This document shows positions 1 to 6,448 of a stretch of 6,448 nucleotides of DNA, piece after piece (the stretch's first letter is position 1; each line of letters opens with the position of its first letter). The stretch lies in IMG/VR virus record IMGVR_UViG_2693429637_000008, positions 1-6,448 of that record. The stretch is one strand, 5' to 3'. The position numbers and the translations under genes were made by a program. The stretch is from a virus. Its lineage: Duplodnaviria > Heunggongvirae > Uroviricota > Caudoviricetes. The notes under the pieces were generated by a model, which saw only the letters and a program-made list of their open reading frames with translations, was not told the DNA's origin and made no database searches.

Positions 1-50
1 TGTCAACGCCACGATGTTTGACCGTTATTTGCCATTTTCATGCCCGCTAA
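1..50. repeat. IS21-family terminal inverted repeat, istB-distal end (IRR); extent approximate
   Basis: TGTCAACGCCA...GACCGTTATTTGCCATTT pairs imperfectly with the reverse complement of 2081-2130 (TGTCAGCGCCA...GACGGTAATTCGCCATTT). Confidence 0.75.
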
Positions 51-59
51 ATACTTTCG

Positions 60-2029
<1,970 letters not shown>

Positions 2030-2080
2030 GTTGATGTCCTTTCTGGTGTGAGAACCTTAAGGAAACAACATGTTGGGTGG

Positions 2081-2130
2081 AGCGGACAATCCAAATGGCG
2101 AATTACCGTCTTATATCACTGGCGCTGACA
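2081..2130. repeat. IS21-family terminal inverted repeat, istA-proximal end (IRL); extent approximate
   Basis: Ends ...GGCGCTGACA at 2121-2130, the reverse complement of the window start with one mismatch in the first 11 nt. Confidence 0.75.
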
Positions 2131-2361
2131 CTCCCTCCGTTGTTGAGAACGGCGACGGTATGCCAGCAACTCAAGAACTCTGGTTCGTATGTTGCGCATA
2201 TCCACGCCGTTAAGCTCAATACCGTCACGGCGCATTACCTCATCCACCACACGCGCATAATTTTCAGCGGTCACGCTGTCCGGTTGCATGGCCTGTTCGT
2301 CAACCTGCTGGCTGATTCCGGCGACGCGGCGGATTAATCCCAGTATTTCGGCTTCTGTCAT
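2116..2361 (-). pseudogene. Small element gene truncated by the IS21 insertion; possibly a head-completion or head-tail connector-like protein (weak guess)
   Basis: ATG at 2361 preceded by a GGGGG Shine-Dalgarno-like run. Codons 1-77 (2131-2361) are native; the last four codons and the stop (2116-2130) lie inside the IS21 terminus. It sits directly downstream of the capsid gene. Confidence 0.5.
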
Positions 2362-2399
2362 TGTGCCCCCATCGCGCTGGTTAAGAAAACAAGCTCAGA

Positions 2400-2613
2400 T
2401 TTTTTGTAAAGAATCTGTCACGCTAAAAGATGTCGAACAAAAATTAACCACAATCATCATCTTTTTTGCATCAACTACATTAAAAACAACAGGTTACACA
2501 CATGATGATGATGACGATAAAACCACAAAAATGCGCTTTTTTCCGCGCCGACCCGCCCCGTGGACAGGCCCCCCCCACCAGGAGGACCCGCAAAAAAGGC
2601 GGCTGCTGCCGCC
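2400..2613 (-). repeat. Intergenic terminator/regulatory cassette, copy 1 (paralogue of 4918-5130)
   Basis: Shares with copy 2 the blocks TTTTTTGTAAA, TCGAACAAAAA, CGCYTTTTTCCGCG, CCGCCCCGTGGACAGGCC, CCCCCACCAGGAG and a terminal hairpin plus A-run, in the same order and spacing (plus-strand reading). Confidence 0.75.
2592..2613 (-). terminator. Rho-independent terminator downstream of the capsid gene
   Basis: Minus strand reads GGCGGC-AGCA-GCCGCC followed by TTTTTTG, 6 nt after the capsid stop codon at 2620-2622. Confidence 0.7.
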
Positions 2614-2619
2614 TTGTTC

Positions 2620-3378
2620 TCATGAAGAAATCGCTCTGACCATTCCGCGATAATCCAGAGCAGCAACGCCAGCATCAATGCGGACCTTCCAGGCCACACC
2701 GTCAACAATAAAGCCCTCCTGCTGCTCAAGGTAAGGCTCGTCATTACCGTCAAGATAAGCCACCTCAATTGTGTCCGTTCCCTGTGCTGAAAGCATGTAC
2801 CATTGCTTATCACTGACTTCATCAAGGCGGGGATCGACAATAATATCCAGTTGTTTGTGGTACGGGTTATATGAACCACTGTTTGTATCGGCACCGAAAG
2901 GCGTGGTTGAGTTAACCATTTGCAACGCTCTGTCTTCCAGAGCCGCAGGAACAAGAAGGAATTTTGGCACAATATTCAGCACCTCACCGTTTTCATCCCT
3001 CTGTGTGCGCATTGCACGGCGTGCAATGCCAAGCCCTGTAGTGCTGACTCCGTTATCAATATCATTTCCGTGTTTTTTGCTGAACAGCGGTATACCGTCA
3101 GAAAGCTTTGTGTTTCCTGTCAGCACCAGATGAACCAGATTACCCACCGTTCTGGCGGCTGCTCGCCCCATTGCCTGTGGGATAACTGTTAACTGATTCA
3201 GGTCATCGTTAATAATCGCCTGTCGGGTAATGCTGAAAATATTTCCGTAAGTTGCCAGCGCGATTGGTTCGCCACGGTCACTGGTGGTGATGTATTTATA
3301 TTCCGCGCCTTCCGGCACTTTGTTTAATGTAGAGAAGCCATTCAGGCCAACACGACGTGCCTCATGGAAGTTTGACAA
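2620..3378 (-). CDS. Major capsid protein (HK97-like), C-terminal ~250 residues; downstream frame of a split protease-capsid gene
   Basis: The 252-aa ORF has no ATG start (the ORF track begins it at a TTG) and is in the -1 frame relative to 3342-4487. Composition and length fit the body of a phage major capsid protein. It is entered from the upstream frame at the A_AAA_AAG heptamer at 3384-3390. Confidence 0.7.
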   Translation of the reverse strand: MSNFHEARRVGLNGFSTLNKVPEGAEYKYITTSDRGEPIALATYGNIFSITRQAIINDDLNQLTVIPQAMGRAAARTVGNLVHLVLTGNTKLSDGIPLFSKKHGNDIDNGVSTTGLGIARRAMRTQRDENGEVLNIVPKFLLVPAALEDRALQMVNSTTPFGADTNSGSYNPYHKQLDIIVDPRLDEVSDKQWYMLSAQGTDTIEVAYLDGNDEPYLEQQEGFIVDGVAWKVRIDAGVAALDYRGMVRAISS

Positions 3379-4487
3379 TGAACCTTTTTTCGTCCACTGG
3401 CGGAACGTTTCGCCGCTGTGTTCACGGATTTTTCAGCACCACCAGCAAGGATATAAGTAAAATCGCTGCTGCTGTGGGTGAATGCCGCGTTTACTATCTG
3501 CGAGCGTGTGCTGTAGCTGCCTGTGCTTATGCCGCGATGGGTTAATGATGCCTGTGCCATATCGAAAAGGCTCATCATGGCGTAAGGGTTGCCGCGTTCT
3601 GCCTGTTCATGTCCCAGACGCGCATTAAGCCCCTGACGCATTGCATCGCCGGTTATGTTGCCGTTATCCGTGTACGCGTAGTAAAGATTTGCGGGGGTGG
3701 TTTTGTTTGTCGGTGTCGATTCTTTACCCATAGTGAGTAAAAGGCGTTCGCGTGCATCCTCAACGCTACAGCCTGAATCAGCAAGACAACTTATAGCCAG
3801 GTCGTTATATCTTCCATTGAACGTGCCAAACAATTCACGTATCCCGTTGAGTCGTTCCTGTTCTCCGCTGCCAGTTTTCTGGCTGATCATGCTTTTAATA
3901 TTTTCCGGCATATTCGAAAAATCTCCGATTCGTTTTGATTCAATTCTGGCCATTGCTGTAATCGCGGGTATAACCTCATCTGCGAAGCCATTAGCCTTAC
4001 ACTCATTGCCATCCATCCAGGTTTCCGCCTCCATCATGGCGGTGATTTCCTGTTTGCTCCTGCCCGTTCTTCCGGCGTAGGTTTCCGCCATCGTGTCGCC
4101 CAGCTTGTCCATCAGGTCAGCAAAGCGGCGAACGTCGCCCGACACTCCGGCAGTAACACCACGGGGGGCATGTATCATCATCATCGCGTTTTCAGGCATA
4201 ACGATGTGATCGCCACACATGGCAATAAACGAGGCCATAGAAGCCGCCATGCCTTCAATGTGTACAATTTTCTTTGCCGGATGATTTTTCAGGGCGTTAT
4301 AGATAGCCAGCCCTTCAAAGATGTCGCCACCAGGTGAATGGATGCGAAGATGGATTTCAGGCACATTACCGCACGCGTTGATCTCGTCAGTAAGTGCCGA
4401 TGCTTTTACACCGTACCCGCCGATCTCGTCATAAATGCGTACATGTACAACATCAGCCATAGCCTTAATGGAAAACCATGTTTTCAT
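3342..4487 (-). CDS. ClpP/S49-like prohead protease fused to a scaffold-like linker and the N-terminal part of the major capsid protein; upstream frame of the split gene
   Basis: 381-aa ORF with AGGAG 7 nt before the ATG at 4487. The N-terminal ~190 aa have serine-protease-like motifs (IHSPGGDIFEGLAIYNAL, HIEGMAASMASFIAMCGDHIVMPENAMMMIHAP). This frame stops 13 codons after the slippery heptamer. Confidence 0.75.
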   Translation of the reverse strand: MKTWFSIKAMADVVHVRIYDEIGGYGVKASALTDEINACGNVPEIHLRIHSPGGDIFEGLAIYNALKNHPAKKIVHIEGMAASMASFIAMCGDHIVMPENAMMMIHAPRGVTAGVSGDVRRFADLMDKLGDTMAETYAGRTGRSKQEITAMMEAETWMDGNECKANGFADEVIPAITAMARIESKRIGDFSNMPENIKSMISQKTGSGEQERLNGIRELFGTFNGRYNDLAISCLADSGCSVEDARERLLLTMGKESTPTNKTTPANLYYAYTDNGNITGDAMRQGLNARLGHEQAERGNPYAMMSLFDMAQASLTHRGISTGSYSTRSQIVNAAFTHSSSDFTYILAGGAEKSVNTAAKRSASGRKKVHCQTSMRHVVLA

Positions 4488-4711
4488 AGCCAGGCTCCTA
4501 ACGTTGCCCTGTACCAGTATTCAACCGCGCTTCTCGCAATCTGCCCTTTCGTGGGTACTGGCATTCCAGGGTGATGACTTTTAATGAACTGCTGATAGCG
4601 TTCGAGCTTCTCCATAGTTCCGGCGTCTATGTGCACTGTTGCACTTTTATCCGGTTTTCTGCTGTTGTTCTCTGGCATAAGTCTGCCTCCGTTATGATTA
4701 ACGGGCATCAT
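4484..4711 (-). CDS. Small ribbon-helix-helix-like DNA-binding protein (putative regulator); true start probably the ATG at 4678
   Basis: GGAGG (plus-strand CCTCC at 4686-4690) lies 7 nt before the internal ATG at 4678, giving a 64-aa product. Predicted strand-helix-helix pattern (ATVHID / MEKLERYQQFIKS / TKGQIARSAVEYWYR). Its stop overlaps the protease start (ATGA at 4484-4487). Confidence 0.6.
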   Translation of the reverse strand: MMPVNHNGGRLMPENNSRKPDKSATVHIDAGTMEKLERYQQFIKSHHPGMPVPTKGQIARSAVEYWYRATLGAWL

Positions 4712-4859
4712 TATTGATCGATAAAACTGGTAAATAAATCATTTTCTATCTAAAAATCAGATTATGTGTTTTCTGATTTTTGTCATACCAGCAAAAGAAT
4801 TGACTAATTATTGCCACGCCAGCACAATTAAGACTCATCATTTCGGTAGTGGCAGTATC

Positions 4860-4876
4860 CTTTGTCGCTGACAAAG
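4860..4876. promoter_or_regulatory. Perfect 7-bp inverted repeat with 3-bp spacer, CTTTGTC-gct-GACAAAG; candidate operator or hairpin
   Basis: Exact dyad symmetry seen in the sequence, located in the leader upstream of the RHH-capsid operon. Confidence 0.4.
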
Positions 4877-4910
4877 CGCCTCCGGTGGCACCATCGGGGC
4901 GCTTTTTTTT
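4876..4910 (+). terminator. GC stem-loop followed by T8 on the plus strand; terminator-like, possibly bidirectional attenuator
   Basis: GCGCC (4876-4880) pairs with GGCGC (4898-4902), followed by TTTTTTTT (4903-4910). On the minus strand the same stem is followed only by a weak TTTGTC. No plus-strand protein gene ends here. Confidence 0.45.
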
Positions 4911-4917
4911 GCGCCTG

Positions 4918-5130
4918 TTTTTTGTAAATGCTTTCGGGAACGTTCCGGCGTCGAACAAAAAACAACCTAATTCGACACTAAAAATTTTTATTTTGCCATA
5001 TATCAATAACTTAAACTGGTGGTGATGGTGACATAAAAATCAAAAAATACGCCTTTTTCCGCGAACCGCCCGCCCCGTGGACAGGCCACCCCCACCAGGA
5101 GTACCTACAAAAAAGCCGGATTGCTCCGGC
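4918..5130 (-). repeat. Intergenic terminator/regulatory cassette, copy 2 (paralogue of 2400-2613)
   Basis: Same ordered conserved blocks as copy 1. Also contains a match to the IHF-site consensus as I recall it (TATCAATAACTTA, 5001-5013). Confidence 0.75.
5108..5130 (-). terminator. Rho-independent terminator downstream of the SSB-like gene
   Basis: Minus strand reads GCCGGA-GCAA-TCCGGC followed by TTTTTTG, 17 nt after the stop at 5147-5149. The stem differs from the copy-1 terminator by compensatory changes. Confidence 0.7.
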
Positions 5131-5146
5131 TTCTGTCACTCGTTGC

Positions 5147-5569
5147 TTAAAACGGTATGTTATCCCCGTACGGATCATCATTCCCCGCCTGTTGTTTGGC
5201 CCTGTTCAGTGCATCAGTGGCCTGCCCCTGTTGGCCTTTTTTACCGCCCGGTCGCGCCGTTCTGGCACTGATTACACTGTCTGCGATAACCTGCCAGCCC
5301 TGCCGCGTTTCTCCGTTCTGGCCTGTCCACTGGCTTACCTGCATGTTACCCGCCACGCTCACCAGCTCGCCTTTCTGGTGCTTTGCCAGTGCGTCAGCCT
5401 GTCTGCCAAACGCCAGGACGGATAACCATATCGTCGCCGTTCCGTCATCTGCCTGGCTGCACGGCAGGGGAACCGCCATACTCGCCATCGTCATTTGCGT
5501 ACCCTTGCTGGTGGTCTTTAACTGCGGGTCAGCCACCAGCCGCCCGTAAGCCGCTATCTGTGCTGTCAT
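5147..5569 (-). CDS. Short single-stranded-DNA-binding (SSB)-like OB-fold protein with a C-terminal ...DNIPF tail
   Basis: 140-aa ORF with GGAGAG 8 nt upstream. The N-terminal ~100 aa follow the bacterial SSB OB-fold pattern (GRLVADPQLKTT..., WLSVLAFGRQADALAKH, QKGELVSVAG). A Gly/Gln-rich linker leads to a C-terminal ...GNDDPYGDNIPF, resembling the SSB acidic IPF tip. Its ATG overlaps the upstream stop (ATGA at 5566-5569). Confidence 0.7.
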   Translation of the reverse strand: MTAQIAAYGRLVADPQLKTTSKGTQMTMASMAVPLPCSQADDGTATIWLSVLAFGRQADALAKHQKGELVSVAGNMQVSQWTGQNGETRQGWQVIADSVISARTARPGGKKGQQGQATDALNRAKQQAGNDDPYGDNIPF

Positions 5570-5811
5570 GCTGTCTGCTCTCCGGTTTTAACGTTGATGG
5601 TTGTCACCTGTTCCGCTTCGGCAATCTCCCGTTCTGTCAGCGTGGCAAAGTTTGCCGCCGTCGTGGTCATGAATGCGCTTATCAGTTCGGGATGTGCTTT
5701 CGCGTATCCTTCCCCGGCGTTGCGGTCGATGATTTTTATCGCCACCCTCAGCCAGTGTTCTGTCAAATCAAGGGCGTGAGATTGTGGTTTTTTGGCGTGC
5801 TTCGTTGTCAC
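5566..5811 (-). CDS. Hypothetical 81-aa protein, first gene of the SSB operon
   Basis: GTG start at 5811 with GAGG 8 nt upstream; translationally coupled to the SSB-like gene. No recognisable motif. Confidence 0.5.
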   Translation of the reverse strand: MTTKHAKKPQSHALDLTEHWLRVAIKIIDRNAGEGYAKAHPELISAFMTTTAANFATLTEREIAEAEQVTTINVKTGEQTA

Positions 5812-5855
5812 AGGCTTTACCTCACAGCAATAAAATAAAATTTTTGCATTTTAAC

Positions 5856-6086
5856 CCTTCACCTGTTCACCTTTTGCAATTTTCCCTTTTTATTCATGAT
5901 GTTAATGGGTTAACAGTTTCACAAAAACTATTCACCAACTGTTCACCACTGTTCACCCTTAAAGCTCAATAAAGAATCAAAAAGGTGAACAGTGAATAGT
6001 TTGGTGAACAGTTCATAAATAACTGTTCACCCTATAATATACTGATATAAAAGACATTTATTGCAGGGTGAACAGTGGTGAACAGT
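5856..6086. repeat. Iteron array: putative replication origin of P4 alpha-protein type
   Basis: Direct copies of (AC)TGTTCACC at 5864, 5940, 5950 and 6024, with variants CCTTCACC at 5856 and TATTCACC at 5929. Inverted copies GGTGAACA(GT) at 5984, 6003, 6067 and 6077. Interspersed AT-rich tracts and a perfect TATAAT at 6033-6038. Confidence 0.75.
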
Positions 6087-6114
6087 TATTCCATAAGTTT
6101 AATTTTTTCCATCG

Positions 6115-6411
6115 TCATTTGTGACCTATTGCACATGATGGCATCCAGTCTTCTGAATCCTCTGTCAGGGTCACATTTGAACGCAAACCGTGCTTCGTTT
6201 TCCGTTTCATATACTCCCTGCCATATTCCGCCATTGCCCCCGGCATATCTTTACCGAAGCGCGTCAGTGTTACAGGTTTACCGAATCCGTGTGCCCTCAT
6301 ATATGCCAGATAGGCGTGATAAAGATACCTGCGCGGACTGAACGGAATAATTTCGGCATTACCCACTAACAGACCATCACACATTACCGACGACATGAGG
6401 TGTACTGGCAA
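6115..6411 (-). CDS. Hypothetical 98-aa protein upstream of the iterons (possibly replication-associated); start uncertain (TTG at 6411 or ATG at 6396)
   Basis: Open frame with protein-like composition, but no convincing Shine-Dalgarno sequence. An in-frame TAG lies at 6421-6423, and other minus-strand frames are open right to the window edge. Confidence 0.35.
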   Translation of the reverse strand: MPVHLMSSVMCDGLLVGNAEIIPFSPRRYLYHAYLAYMRAHGFGKPVTLTRFGKDMPGAMAEYGREYMKRKTKHGLRSNVTLTEDSEDWMPSCAIGHK

Positions 6412-6448
6412 TAGCGGACACTACCATTTGTTCTTTTTTTAAGCAGCC

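Noticed and set aside
2497-2520. Codon-like run CAT GAT GAT GAT GAC GAT AAA, which would encode HDDDDDK and resembles an enterokinase/affinity-tag site, suggesting an engineered construct
   Set aside because: It lies in the intergenic cassette, not in a supported reading frame (the only ORF covering it is a spurious plus-strand ORF). Cassette copy 2 has a diverged natural counterpart (GGTGATGGTGACATAAAAA), so it looks like native repeat sequence.
2077-2653. Plus-strand ORFs 2077-2337 and 2288-2653
   Set aside because: They run across the IS21 terminus and the intergenic cassette and terminator, antisense to the minus-strand gene, with no ribosome-binding site. The second is a read-through of the C-rich repeat.
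3342-3378. Independent translation of the capsid body from the TTG at 3378 (weak AAGG upstream)
   Set aside because: It would yield only the C-terminal ~250 residues of an HK97-type fold, without its N-terminal elements. Entry from the upstream frame at the slippery heptamer is the simpler explanation.
2475-4574. Alternative-frame and antisense ORFs overlapping the protease-capsid gene (2475-2972 minus, 2771-3133 plus, 2920-3192 plus, 3357-3545 plus, 3697-4080 plus, 4338-4574 plus)
   Set aside because: Each overlaps the long, motif-supported protease/capsid frames and has Cys/Ser/Leu-rich low-complexity composition typical of off-frame translation.
4746-5006. 86-aa minus-strand ORF inside the intergenic cassette
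   Set aside because: TTG start with no Shine-Dalgarno sequence. It spans the hairpin and AT-rich regulatory sequences, and its product is Lys/Arg- and Gly/Ala-rich low-complexity. More likely untranslated leader.
4712-5146. Sigma70 promoter for the RHH-capsid operon (candidates ATGACA/CATAAT near 4761-4786; TTGATA on the minus strand in the AT-rich tract)
   Set aside because: Spacing (14 bp) or hexamer quality is poor. No confident -35/-10 pair could be defined, so no promoter is annotated. An activator-dependent promoter remains possible.
5157-5838. Plus-strand ORFs antisense to the SSB operon (5157-5549, 5192-5425, 5383-5838, 5594-5779)
   Set aside because: They arise from the GC-rich antisense strand of the supported SSB-like and 81-aa genes and have Cys/Pro/Leu-rich, non-protein-like composition.
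5856-6086. Possible CRISPR array, because of the many short repeats
   Set aside because: The repeats are only 8-10 bp, occur in both orientations with irregular spacing and no spacer structure. This is the pattern of origin iterons, not CRISPR.

Overview
The window holds two things. Positions 1-2130 are a complete IS21-family insertion sequence (istA-istB on the minus strand, imperfect terminal inverted repeats at both ends) that abuts the left edge of the window. Positions 2131-6448 are a compact, minus-strand mobile-element module that looks like a phage satellite or defective prophage. Read in the direction of transcription (right to left) it contains: a dense array of TGTTCACC-type iterons in both orientations (putative P4-type replication origin); an operon of an 81-aa unknown protein and a short SSB-like OB-fold protein; a small ribbon-helix-helix-like protein translationally coupled to a ClpP-like prohead protease / scaffold / HK97-like major capsid fusion gene; and a small gene cut off by the IS21 end. 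The capsid gene is split into two frames exactly at an A_AAA_AAG heptamer. A ~213-bp intergenic cassette (Rho-independent terminator plus a conserved GC-rich box and AT-rich tract) occurs twice, once after the SSB operon and once after the capsid gene. No portal or terminase gene lies next to the capsid gene in this window. All family assignments are from reading motifs by eye; no database search was possible.
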